Position numbers and translations under genes: made by a program. From the NCBI GenBank assembly GCA_965222115.1, contig CBDCTJ010000007.1:2432001-2496000 (forward strand): 64,000 bases of DNA. Reading direction: 5' to 3'. Under the pieces are notes generated by a model. It saw only the letters and a program-made list of their open reading frames with translations, did not search any database and was not told the origin of the DNA. The stretch comes from Planctomycetota bacterium. GTDB lineage: Bacteria > Planctomycetota > PLA2 > JAEUHO01. Below are positions 37,181 through 46,857 of this stretch, piece by piece (positions within the stretch are counted from its first letter, which is position 1; each line of letters begins with the position of its first letter).

Positions 37181-39493
37181 GTGAAGCAATGGACGCTGCG
37201 GGCCGGCATCCTCCTCTGTGTGGGCCTCGCCCTGGCCGATTTGCAACCAATTCCCATCGGTGACCCACCGCCTCCCAGGCTGATTCTTGACGTTTCCGCA
37301 AGCATGGGTCCCGCCGCTCAAGAGCATCCGGATGACATAAAATACGGTTATCCAGTAACTTATGTCGCATCCAGGGCGGCGGATATGCGCCTAGGGCAAG
37401 CCCCGCCCCAAGTAGGAACGGGCGCGACGCGGCTCGGAGAGGCCATTCGAAGGGCGCCCGAGGGTACAACCTTGATTTTGGTGAGCGACGGATTGGATAC
37501 CGATGGCGATGCCATCATGGCGTCCCGTGACCACCACCAAAAAGGCGGTCGCGTCTTCACACATCCGCCCAAATCCAGCGTTGCAGACGTGGGTTTGACC
37601 TCGCTGCGGGTGATTTCCGAGCGGCCTCGGGCCACATTCGAAGCCGAGCTTCATGCGACGACTTCCGGCGAAGCCCGACTGACACTTCAGCGTGAAGACC
37701 GAATTGCATTGGAGCGGACCCTCTCATTCGTGGCGGGCGAGACGAGGACCGTTGAGTTGGTGGATACCGTGCCCGTTGCCCGGGATGCGCCGCGAGCGCG
37801 CTACCGCGTTCGTCTAACGGTTGGCGCTGAGACGCCCAATGACATCGCCGAAAACGACGAGCTTAACGTTGTGCTTCAAGCCGGGACGCGACGCGCCCTG
37901 TGGTGGGGCGATCCCAATCTCGATCGCGATGCGTTGGCCCAGCGATCGGATGTCGCCATTCAGGTGGTCGACGTGTTGCGAGCCGCCGAAGTACGCGCCG
38001 CCGATGTTCTCGTAGTCTCGAACATCCCCTACTACGAGATTCGAGGACACACCGACGTCATCGAGTCATTTGTGGCGCGCGGCGGAAGCCTGCTCATGCT
38101 TGGAGGGCCCGACGCTTATGCAGGAGGTGGTTGGGGAGGGACGCACCTCGAGGAGCGTCTGTCGGCGCTGCAATCCAAGCGATCCGATCGAACCGCATTG
38201 GCACTCGTTCTTGCGCTTGATCACAGCGGGAGTATGGCGGGTGGCGCACTCCAGCGATTACGCGAATCGGTGCGGACCGCGGTTGCAGGGCTCGCACCCG
38301 ATGAACGGCTTGCGGTCTTGCCTTTCTCTTCCGGTCGCGATGCCACCCTGTTGACGCCGGGGTTCGTTTCGCGCGACGACACGGCGGCGGTTGAAACGTT
38401 GCTGCATGCGCTAGATGGATTGGAGGCGCGAGGGAGCACGCAGTTACTTCGTGCCATACAAGCGTCGGCGGCTCACCTGCGAGATGTGGATGCACGCGAG
38501 CGACGGGTGGTACTGCTCAGCGATGGCGATCCCGACCACGAGTTGAGTGAATCGGAACTCGAAGCCACACGGAAGATCTTGGTTGAAGAGCAAATCGGGT
38601 TCGGCGCACTTGTCGTGGGCATGAAACGCGTGGCCGATCGCCTTGTGACGTTGTCGTCCAATCCCAAGGATGTGGTGTTGCTGCGCCAGCCCGGCGCCTT
38701 TCCCGATTCGCTCCGACGACAGTTGCAACGTCGTCGTCGCAGTAAGGAACGTGTCAATCCTCCCATCACGCTAGTGATCGATGACGCTACTCGTTGTCCC
38801 ATCGATGCGAAGCTTACGATTCACTTTGCACATCGTCTGAGCGTCCATCCACAAGCCATTCGCATTGCACGGTTGACCGCCGGCCGCGGTCGAGAGTTGC
38901 TTCCCTTTGCCGCAGAGCGGCGGGTGGGGGCGGGCACCGTCGTGTCGGTGGCCTGGGGCCCTGAAGGTGAGCGCTCCATAGACCACGCACGCGCCACGGA
39001 CGCGTTGCTGCCGCTGGTCGTTCGCCTTGCCGCGCGCTCGGATCGCGGTCTCGCGGCCGAGATCAATGGAAACGAACTCATGGTTGTGGCGCCATTTGCA
39101 GCGAGCCTCGGTGTCTTGTCGCTGCTAGATGGCGAAGAACGGCCTGTGGGCGAGCTAATTGAACGTGAACCTGGCATGTTTGTTGGACCCATCCCGCTCG
39201 CCGACGGACTGTCGATTCGCCATGGGGACGCCCGGCACACACTGCGTCTGCCGGCGCGGCCCGCGCCCGAATTTCGTCGCATTGGCACCGACGAGATATC
39301 GCTCATGCGCATTGCGGATGCCGGTGGCGGGCGCCTACTGCAACGTGGGCAGTCGCCGCCACGCGCCGAGACGTTTCGCGGTTCCTCGTGGGCGCCGTGG
39401 TTTCTTCTCGCGGCGCTATTGCTCTTCGTGTGGGAACGTCACGAGTCAAACACCGCCAAACGTATGGCGCTTGGTGATGCGCTTGCCGGATGA
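37181..39493 (+). CDS. VWA-domain membrane protein with glutamine-amidotransferase-like domain
   Basis: LDVSASM and LDHSGSM MIDAS motifs, LLSDG, GGSLLMLGGPDAYAGGGW, C-terminal TM. Confidence 0.8.
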   Translation: MKQWTLRAGILLCVGLALADLQPIPIGDPPPPRLILDVSASMGPAAQEHPDDIKYGYPVTYVASRAADMRLGQAPPQVGTGATRLGEAIRRAPEGTTLILVSDGLDTDGDAIMASRDHHQKGGRVFTHPPKSSVADVGLTSLRVISERPRATFEAELHATTSGEARLTLQREDRIALERTLSFVAGETRTVELVDTVPVARDAPRARYRVRLTVGAETPNDIAENDELNVVLQAGTRRALWWGDPNLDRDALAQRSDVAIQVVDVLRAAEVRAADVLVVSNIPYYEIRGHTDVIESFVARGGSLLMLGGPDAYAGGGWGGTHLEERLSALQSKRSDRTALALVLALDHSGSMAGGALQRLRESVRTAVAGLAPDERLAVLPFSSGRDATLLTPGFVSRDDTAAVETLLHALDGLEARGSTQLLRAIQASAAHLRDVDARERRVVLLSDGDPDHELSESELEATRKILVEEQIGFGALVVGMKRVADRLVTLSSNPKDVVLLRQPGAFPDSLRRQLQRRRRSKERVNPPITLVIDDATRCPIDAKLTIHFAHRLSVHPQAIRIARLTAGRGRELLPFAAERRVGAGTVVSVAWGPEGERSIDHARATDALLPLVVRLAARSDRGLAAEINGNELMVVAPFAASLGVLSLLDGEERPVGELIEREPGMFVGPIPLADGLSIRHGDARHTLRLPARPAPEFRRIGTDEISLMRIADAGGGRLLQRGQSPPRAETFRGSSWAPWFLLAALLLFVWERHESNTAKRMALGDALAG

Positions 39494-39494
39494 A

Positions 39495-40352
39495 ATGATG
39501 GCGAGCGATATGCCACTTCGCGTTCCCACCATCCGCGCGCTCGCGTTCTCGGTTCCAATCGCACTTTTGTTCGTGCTGGCCGGTTGCCAATCGGGCTCTG
39601 TGGCGGGCAAGGCGGATGGGGAGCTTGAGCGCAAGCCCTCCGATCGCAAGCTGGCAAAGCGCAAGGCTGCGAAGTCGCGATCGTTCTACTTGGGCTCAAA
39701 GGAGACCCAGGCATCGATCGCCCGCGACATTGAAGCGCTCGCCACCGCCTCGCCCGATCAGCATGCGACGATTCACCGTCGGCTTGTGGGTCGGGGGGAA
39801 GCATCCGTGCCCAAGCTCATGAAGGCGCTGACGCACCAAAGTCCACGTATCCGTATGCGCGCAGCGTACTCACTCGGCAGGTTGAACGACGTACGATCAT
39901 TCGATGCATTGGCAGCCGCGCAGCGGGATACCGATCCCGCCGTGGCGTTTGAGGCCGCAACGGCATTGGCTCGCTGCAAAGACGACCGCGGGTTGCCGCT
40001 GTTGATTCGCGGGCTGTCCCATGCGAAGGCCACAACGCGTGCTAGGTGTATGCAAGTACTCAATGAATGCACGGGTGAGACGTTCGGCTTTGTTGCCAAC
40101 GACCGCTTGGAGGATCGGGAAGCAGCGATTGCGCGTTGGCAAGGGTGGCTCGACCGACGCCGCTACGAACTCTACGACCACCATCGTGAAGAAAGTGAGT
40201 CGTCACGCGCCAAGCCGGGTGCTTCAGCGAGCGCGGACGCGGATTCAGATGGCCTGGGTCTCCCCATTGCACCGCGTAAAGGTCCATCGAACCAACCTGT
40301 CGATGAGCCGCCGCCCGTTGTTGGCTACGGCAGCCCGGATGGGGACGGGTAG
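39495..40352 (+). CDS. HEAT-repeat lipoprotein
   Basis: Lipobox LAGC; HEAT repeats; REAAIARWQGWL. Confidence 0.75.
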   Translation: MMASDMPLRVPTIRALAFSVPIALLFVLAGCQSGSVAGKADGELERKPSDRKLAKRKAAKSRSFYLGSKETQASIARDIEALATASPDQHATIHRRLVGRGEASVPKLMKALTHQSPRIRMRAAYSLGRLNDVRSFDALAAAQRDTDPAVAFEAATALARCKDDRGLPLLIRGLSHAKATTRARCMQVLNECTGETFGFVANDRLEDREAAIARWQGWLDRRRYELYDHHREESESSRAKPGASASADADSDGLGLPIAPRKGPSNQPVDEPPPVVGYGSPDGDG

Positions 40353-40357
40353 GTCCT

Positions 40358-40894
40358 ATGCAATCTCGCGAGCTTGCCATCGTCGTCTGTTTTGTGTTGG
40401 CCTTGTGCATTTCGGCATGCGGTGCAAAGCAAACCGGGCCCAAAAAGTCGCCCGCCGAATGGGTGGAACTCGCCGATCGTTATATGACGGCTAAGTCATG
40501 GCGCGAGGCGGGCAATGCGTATGTCTATGCGTTTCGACTAATCGATCCGGTACCGAGTGCATTGCAAGAAAGAGCGCTGCTTGCATTTCGGGCTGGCATG
40601 TCATTTGGCCGCGAAGCGCGTCACACAGACCCAAAGCTCGCGTTTACTTATGCGCGCGCAGCGTCGTTTTGGTTGACGCATACGTTGCGACTGCAGCCCA
40701 AGATGCGTCAAGCGCTCTATGAACGAGCGTTGTTGTACGAAACAAAGCTTGAAGGCATCGAAAATGTCGATCACGCCAAGCGCGACTACAAGGCGTATGT
40801 AGAGGCTACGGAGGCGTTGGGTGATGAACTTCCCGAGTCGGAACGTGGTCGAGTGAACCATGCAAGGGAACGGTTGGTGGCGCTGGGGAGGTAG
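40358..40894 (+). CDS. TPR-like lipoprotein
   Basis: Lipobox ISAC; ALYERALLYE...AKRDYKAYV. Confidence 0.7.
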   Translation: MQSRELAIVVCFVLALCISACGAKQTGPKKSPAEWVELADRYMTAKSWREAGNAYVYAFRLIDPVPSALQERALLAFRAGMSFGREARHTDPKLAFTYARAASFWLTHTLRLQPKMRQALYERALLYETKLEGIENVDHAKRDYKAYVEATEALGDELPESERGRVNHARERLVALGR

Positions 40895-40930
40895 GCCGCT
40901 GGACGCGGCCTGAGATGGGGACGCTGCATT

Positions 40931-41230
40931 GGGAAGAAGCCTCTCACCAAGGGCAACCGTGGAATGGGGAGCACCCTGTGTAGTCGGTTCTTGGCCGCGC
41001 GCAGAGGCGCAGAGGGCGCAAGCGTTGGGGAGTGCAATTGGCGAGTGCGGATGTTCTTCGATGGCGGGGTATTGGCTGGAGAAAAGGAAGAAGAAGCTCA
41101 CACGAAGAACGCTAAGGAACGAAGCGCAGGCGCCGCAGACTAAACATTGAGCGTGCGTGGAATTGCGTTGTAGCGTGCCGCGGCTTGAAGAAGAAGGGTC
41201 TCACCAAGGGCACCAAGTTCACCAAGCGCA
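40931..41230 (-). repeat. Dispersed modular repeat, copy B
   Basis: Reverse complement aligns to copies A and C. Confidence 0.75.
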
Positions 41231-41481
41231 CTCGTTGAAAGGGGCGCTACGTTCCAAGTCGGTCCGATGTAGGAAAATGGCTCCAACGGGGCCAACGTTG
41301 ATAGCCCAGGATGCACATCGAGCGCAGCGAGATGAAATCCAGGGTTAATGGCCAAACAAGAAATTCGGCGCCCTGCAGGGGCGCAAGTGGGCTTGAAGCA
41401 ACAGACTTGGTGGAATGAGACGCTACGCAGTAGTGTATGGACTGACGTTGAGATTGACTCAACACTATCTAGTCGAGGCCC

Positions 41482-42786
41482 TTGCGCAAAATGTGGCGAC
41501 CTAAATGGCCCACCGTTTCCAAATGTGTCAAAGCGGCCTTTGGTGCATTACTTGTGCTGTTCATCGCGTCGTCCTCGGCTTGTGGCGATTGCAAGAACAC
41601 CGAGACAGTTGTCGAATTAGAGAGGCACGCGGCGGGCGGCGACTGTTCCTCTGCGTATCAACTCGGTCGCGTTGTGCCTCACGTGGCGATGCGTCTATTG
41701 CGAAATGCCACCGACAGTTCGATACGACGCACGCTCTTGGAAGGACTTGTTGCCAGCCGCTTCTCGAAACCTGATGGGTACATTCAGTTGCTAGATGAAC
41801 TGCTTGACCATGAGGACATTGAGACCACACATGCCGCGTTGCGGGCACTAGCCGTGGCGGGGTACCAACATACGACGGCGCTGGTCGCGGTGACTCGTGT
41901 TGCAGAGAGCGAGACGTATTCTATTTCGTTTCGTATCCGCGCCATTGAGTGGCTAGCGAGGCATGGCAAGCGAGCATCGAGTTTTCATCCGAAGCCCGAG
42001 GTGATCTTCTCAACGAAGCATCCGTACATTGTGCGTGCCTATGCGAAATTGGTTCGTTGGTCTGTCATTGATCACTTGACTCTCGGGAGCGCTTTCGCTG
42101 AGTGGCTCTCACGAAATCCAACTAGTGGCGCCAATCCAACATCACTATTTTTTGAGCACTTGCCTGACAATTCAAACTCAAGGCTTGTCGAGTTGGCGCT
42201 TGACTACTTGTCGCGAGGACATCCCGTGGATGTTGTTGCAGCCTTGTACTTCGCGCGACGATCCCGGGTATTGCGACGAAAGGCAAAGCGTCAGATAGAA
42301 CTAAAGATGGATGGCGGGGACGCACTTGCATTGGCTGCTGCGGAAGCAAGTGCGGACTTCGATCGTCCGCGGGCGCTAAAATTCTTGAAAGACGTAGTGC
42401 GCGTAGACAAGCAACTGCCCCCGGGCTACGTCGTGGATGCGATCGGACAACTGACTCGATTGTTGGAGCCCAGCGAGTTGGCCGAGTTCCTTGAAACGGT
42501 CACAAGTCCCAGCCCGTGGGTACGAATCAGGATTGCGGTTGCGCTGGCGAATGCGGGCTCGACGCCTGCGTCATCTGCAATAAACGCGCTCGTCGGGGAG
42601 ATTCTGAAGCCCGCCCCCAGGAGAACGCCGTTTAACGCTAGTCAAGCGGGGCTCGTTCTAGAGTGCCTGGCATTGACGAATCTTCAGTCAACGGATCTCG
42701 TACCACTCATCAAGCTCCGTTGCAAAGTCGATCCGTATGTCAGAGAAGCCATTACTGAGCTAGTCATCGACGTGGCGCATCGGTAG
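41482..42786 (+). CDS. Hypothetical exported helical-repeat (HEAT-like) protein
   Basis: Signal-like N-terminus; SPSPWVRIRIAVALA, DPYVREA. Confidence 0.6.
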   Translation: MRKMWRPKWPTVSKCVKAAFGALLVLFIASSSACGDCKNTETVVELERHAAGGDCSSAYQLGRVVPHVAMRLLRNATDSSIRRTLLEGLVASRFSKPDGYIQLLDELLDHEDIETTHAALRALAVAGYQHTTALVAVTRVAESETYSISFRIRAIEWLARHGKRASSFHPKPEVIFSTKHPYIVRAYAKLVRWSVIDHLTLGSAFAEWLSRNPTSGANPTSLFFEHLPDNSNSRLVELALDYLSRGHPVDVVAALYFARRSRVLRRKAKRQIELKMDGGDALALAAAEASADFDRPRALKFLKDVVRVDKQLPPGYVVDAIGQLTRLLEPSELAEFLETVTSPSPWVRIRIAVALANAGSTPASSAINALVGEILKPAPRRTPFNASQAGLVLECLALTNLQSTDLVPLIKLRCKVDPYVREAITELVIDVAHR

Positions 42787-42817
42787 CGTCCAGACCTCCG
42801 CTCGTTTCGGCCCGCTA

Positions 42818-43040
42818 CGCCTGCGCTTCGTTTCTTAGCGTTCTTAGTGTGAGCTATTTCTTCAAGCACCGTTCCGCCACCTCCAAACACCCGCATTCAC
42901 CGACTGCCATCCCAAACGCTTGCGCCCCTCTGCGCCTCTGCGGTCTCTGCGCGCGGCTAAAACCGACTAAACAAGAAACTCCTCGTTCTCCGGTTGCGCT
43001 TGGTGATCTTGGTGTCCTTCGTGAGAACCTTCTTCTTCAA
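42818..43040 (+). repeat. Dispersed modular repeat, copy C
   Basis: Colinear with the reverse complement of 40931-41132 over ~200 bp. Confidence 0.75.
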
Positions 43041-43116
43041 ACGGCGCCACACAACCAATCACGTACGCTCCCGCCAAACAACGCACCCCAACGCTTGCGC
43101 TCCTCTGTTTGGCGCA

Positions 43117-43152
43117 CAAAGAAACCCGGCCTCCCCAACGGGAAGACCGGGT
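43117..43152 (-). terminator. Intrinsic terminator downstream of the DUF533-like gene
   Basis: Minus-strand hairpin ACCCGGTCTTCCC/GGGGAGGCCGGGT followed by TTCTTT. Confidence 0.7.
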
Positions 43153-43198
43153 GCGGTTCGATTCACACTGCGCGAGCGCAGCGACGAAACTGTGTCAA

Positions 43199-43780
43199 CT
43201 AAAAGATGCGCGGGGCATTGCACTGTTCGTGAATGCTGTTGCACACTTCCGGTTGTAGGCGCAGGCCGTGGGCGAGTTGCTTGAGGTACTGCGCTTCTTT
43301 GTTCTGATCGAGGTCCAGAGTCAGTAGCGAGAAACCGTAGACCTGCTGCTCAAGTCCAAGCGGGATTTCCCAGGCGAACTCTTTGACGTCGAGCGGGCGA
43401 GCGAATTCTTCGCGCAGGAACTGCACTTCGGCTTCGGTGACGTCACCGAGTTGCTTCAGAATCGCGGTCTGCTCATTGTCGTCGAGCTTGCCATCGGACT
43501 TGGCGGCGTTCACCATGGCGCGCACAAGAATTTTGGCCTGTGCGTTATCAAGCTCGCTCTTTGGGTGTGCGGGTGCCTGAGGTGCGCCACGGCTTTGCTC
43601 GTAGCGCGAATACGCGTCACGGGCCACACGACCAAAGTCGTCGCGTTGACGCGGCTGTGCCGGAGGAGCCGCCGCTGCTTTCTTATCGCCGCCCAAAAGG
43701 CCTTCGAGGATCTTTCCAATGCCGCCGCCGGATTGGGACTTCTTCTTGAGAAGACCACCGAGAATTTCTGCCATATCCAT
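43199..43780 (-). CDS. DUF533/YebE (TerB-like) protein
   Basis: LVRAMVNAAKSDGKLD, FLREEFARPLD, EAQYLKQLAHGL. Confidence 0.85.
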   Translation of the reverse strand: MDMAEILGGLLKKKSQSGGGIGKILEGLLGGDKKAAAAPPAQPRQRDDFGRVARDAYSRYEQSRGAPQAPAHPKSELDNAQAKILVRAMVNAAKSDGKLDDNEQTAILKQLGDVTEAEVQFLREEFARPLDVKEFAWEIPLGLEQQVYGFSLLTLDLDQNKEAQYLKQLAHGLRLQPEVCNSIHEQCNAPRIF

Positions 43781-44222
43781 TTCGTACGTACTCCAATGAC
43801 GTTCAGGTCCGTCGCGCAGATTCGCGTGACGTGCTCGTTACTGTATGTCCGCTCCGGGTCCGGGGTGGGATTTGTGCATTTCTCATTTTCTAGGGCAAGT
43901 GCTTGTTCGCCGGGCGTGGGTCACCTCACGCAGAGGCGCTATGTGGCAAAGGCGCAAGGGGAAATCGGTGCCGTCTCCTACGTGGCCAGGTTTGAGGGGC
44001 CCAACTCCGCAAAGAACGAGATCCACACTCGTGACTACCGTCATCTTCGGAGGCTGAGCAACCGGGTCGGGCAATGGATCGGGCGACAGATTAAGAATCA
44101 GCAAAACGTCCAGTTGAGCATCGCTTCGCTCCACTACATGCATCGCTCTGCGCCTCTGCAACGCGGCGTCTCCGCGTGAGGTAAATCGCGTCCAACGACC
44201 GCACTTCCCTCGCAAGCCGAAC

Positions 44223-45392
44223 CTATGAGGAACCGCCGTCCTCAACCGTTTCATAGATCCGGTACCGCTTCGTGATCATGCCACCGATGGCCTCAATCCC
44301 GGCGCGCATCTTCGCATTGTCTTCCAGCACCCAGCCACACTCGGCGCCAACGACCTTAGAGGCGCGACCACCGAGGAGGCCGCGCGTGATGAGGGCCTCA
44401 GCAATCGCGGAACCGCGGGCCTCCGGAACGACGCCGAGAAGTACGCAGCGCGTTCGACGAACGTTTTTGAGCCCGCGCAAGAGCTTGAACCACATGACCG
44501 GGAGCATGCGACCTCGGCCGCGATGAAGAATTCGATTGATGTCGCGCAGGAACACGCTGAAGCCCACCGGGACGCCCTTGCGCTCGGCGACGCCGGACAT
44601 GTTGGGGTCGATCAGCATCTTGAGATCCTTGGCGGCATGATCGAATTCCGCATCGGTCGTCGGGACGAAGCCCCAGTTCTTTTCCCAAGAACGATTGTAG
44701 AGACTTCGAATGATCTTGATTTCGCTGTCGAAATTGTCGGTGTCAATGGCGCGAATCACTATGCCTTTGCGAACAAGCTGGCGATCGATGACGCGTTTGA
44801 AGCGAGGTGGCAGAGGGAGCGACGTGGGGCACCAGTAACTTATGAGGTCCTTCACACCCACGAGGCCGGCACCCGTAACCAGCAAGTCGTAGTCCGGTCG
44901 ATTGTAGGGCATCAGAATGGCCGGCGGCTCGCCGAACCCCTGAACGAGGATGCCGCAACTGTCATTCGTCGAGTAGTTGACCGGTCCGCGCATGGGCGAG
45001 AGGCCGCGTGCGTCGCACCACGCCTTGGCCGCATTGAGCAAAGCCTTTGCGGTTTCTACGTCTTCGTACGCCGCTACGTCAAAGAACCCGAAGAAGCCAA
45101 TGCGATCTTCGTGGATTTCATTGTGACGTCGATTTTCGATCGCAGCAATGCGCCCGACGATCTCATTGCCGCGCCACGCAAGAAAGTGCTGTGCGTCGGC
45201 GTGCAAGAAGAAGGGGTTCTTTTTCTGGTCCATGAGCGCGGCTTCGACCATCCGGAGCGGCGGTACATAGTCGGGCCACTTCGCATTGATCTTGTAGGTA
45301 AAGTCGATGAATGCCTTGCGCTCACGACGCCCCTGCTCGGGACGTACGACAACGGGCGTGGTGGACGGAGCATCCATGGAAGAGTCGCTCAC
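44223..45392 (-). CDS. GNAT-fold N-acyltransferase, YghO/bacterial ceramide synthase-like
   Basis: VGRIAAI, GFFGFF, MRGPVNYSTNDSCGILVQGF, MPYN, WEKNWGFVP, WVLEDN; downstream of spt. Confidence 0.8.
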   Translation of the reverse strand: MSDSSMDAPSTTPVVVRPEQGRRERKAFIDFTYKINAKWPDYVPPLRMVEAALMDQKKNPFFLHADAQHFLAWRGNEIVGRIAAIENRRHNEIHEDRIGFFGFFDVAAYEDVETAKALLNAAKAWCDARGLSPMRGPVNYSTNDSCGILVQGFGEPPAILMPYNRPDYDLLVTGAGLVGVKDLISYWCPTSLPLPPRFKRVIDRQLVRKGIVIRAIDTDNFDSEIKIIRSLYNRSWEKNWGFVPTTDAEFDHAAKDLKMLIDPNMSGVAERKGVPVGFSVFLRDINRILHRGRGRMLPVMWFKLLRGLKNVRRTRCVLLGVVPEARGSAIAEALITRGLLGGRASKVVGAECGWVLEDNAKMRAGIEAIGGMITKRYRIYETVEDGGSS

Positions 45393-45435
45393 GAGTCGCT
45401 CACAAATCGCTCACATGGAAATGGGATGCCGGTCG

Positions 45436-46638
45436 CTACGCCTTGACCAGTTGAAATTGCTGCGCGACGCTCCTGAACGCCTGAAGCACGAGGTCCAAAT
45501 CCTCGTCGGTGTGCGTGGCCATGTACGACGTGCGCAGGAGACTTTGGCCGGGAGGTACGGCCGGGGGCAACACCGGATTGACGAATACGCCCTGCTCAAA
45601 GAGCGCGCGGTTGAACTTGAGAGTGGGTTCTTCTTCGCCAATCACCACACTCAGAATCGGGCTGCCGCCGTCGTGAATCACGTCAAGGCCCATGGCTTCA
45701 AAGCCTGCCTTCATCTTGGCCACGTTCTTCCACAGGGCTTTGCGCCGTTCAGGTTCGTCGCGAATGACGTGCAGGCACGCAAGCACGGTCGCCACACTCG
45801 ACGGCGTCATGCTTGCTGAAAAAATGATCGATCGGCTGACGTGCTTGAGGAAGTGAATGACATCGGCAGGGCCGGCGATGAATCCGCCAAGGCACGCAAA
45901 GGACTTGCTAAACGTGCCAACGACGATGTCTACGTCGTCCATGACACCAAAGTGTTCGGCGGTGCCACGGCCATGTTCACCGAGGACGCCCAGAGCATGG
46001 GCATCGTCGACAATGACGCGCGCTGGGTACTGTTTCGCCAAGCGAACGATTTCAGGTAGCGGCGCGAGATCGCCCAGCATGGAAAACACACCATCCGTAA
46101 TGATGATGCGACCGCCGCATTCGGGGATTTCGGTAATCGCCAGCACGCGCTCCAGGTCATCCACGTCGTTGTGTCGATATTTCAAGAGCTTGGCGAATGA
46201 CAGCCGGCAACCATCGATGATGGATGCGTGATTGTCTCGGTCGCCAAAGATGATGTCGTCACGACTGGCAATGGCAGAGATGAGGCCGAGATTGGTTTGA
46301 AAGCCCGTGCCCGATGTAATGCACGCCTCTTTGCCAAGAAAGCGCGCGAGTTCCTCTTCCATTTCTTCATGGAGACTTAATGTGCCGTTGAGGAAGCGGC
46401 TTCCGGTGCACCCCGAACCAAACTTTGAGATGGCTTCACGGGCCGCTTCCAACACACGCGGTTCGTGCGTGAGACCGAGGTAGTTATTGGAGCCGGCCAT
46501 GACGAGTTCGCGCCCGTCGATGTTGACACGCGTACCGCGTCTACTTTCCGAGATGGCCCGGAAGTAGGGGTAGATGCCCGCGGCCTGCAGGTCTTTCGCC
46601 CGCGCGTAGCGTTCGGCCTTCTCAAACGGGTCTAGCAC
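45436..46638 (-). CDS. spt: Serine palmitoyltransferase-like alpha-oxoamine synthase
   Basis: IYPYFRAI, GSNNYLGL, GSRFLNGT, NHASI, DDAH, GTFSKS (PLP Lys). Confidence 0.8.
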   Translation of the reverse strand: MLDPFEKAERYARAKDLQAAGIYPYFRAISESRRGTRVNIDGRELVMAGSNNYLGLTHEPRVLEAAREAISKFGSGCTGSRFLNGTLSLHEEMEEELARFLGKEACITSGTGFQTNLGLISAIASRDDIIFGDRDNHASIIDGCRLSFAKLLKYRHNDVDDLERVLAITEIPECGGRIIITDGVFSMLGDLAPLPEIVRLAKQYPARVIVDDAHALGVLGEHGRGTAEHFGVMDDVDIVVGTFSKSFACLGGFIAGPADVIHFLKHVSRSIIFSASMTPSSVATVLACLHVIRDEPERRKALWKNVAKMKAGFEAMGLDVIHDGGSPILSVVIGEEEPTLKFNRALFEQGVFVNPVLPPAVPPGQSLLRTSYMATHTDEDLDLVLQAFRSVAQQFQLVKA

Positions 46639-46857
46639 AGGCGTCCTCGCGCGGCGGTTTCATCGAATCGCCCGGCTGCGCTCGATGGAAGGGGCATACT
46701 TGGATCTAGCGAGACGTGGGACCTTCGCCCAGCCCCGCCACGGGCTCGGTAAGTCTACCGATGCCGGGAGACCATGACGGCAGGCGTGCGACCCGGCGGC
46801 GCGAATTCTGTCCGACGTCCATTGGGGACAAGCCCACCTCGGCGCGATAGTCCCTCC

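Noticed and set aside
11958-43040. CRISPR array or integron attC interpretation of the dispersed repeats
   Set aside because: No regular repeat-spacer periodicity, no cas genes or intI, and no RYYYAAC/GTTRRRY boxes
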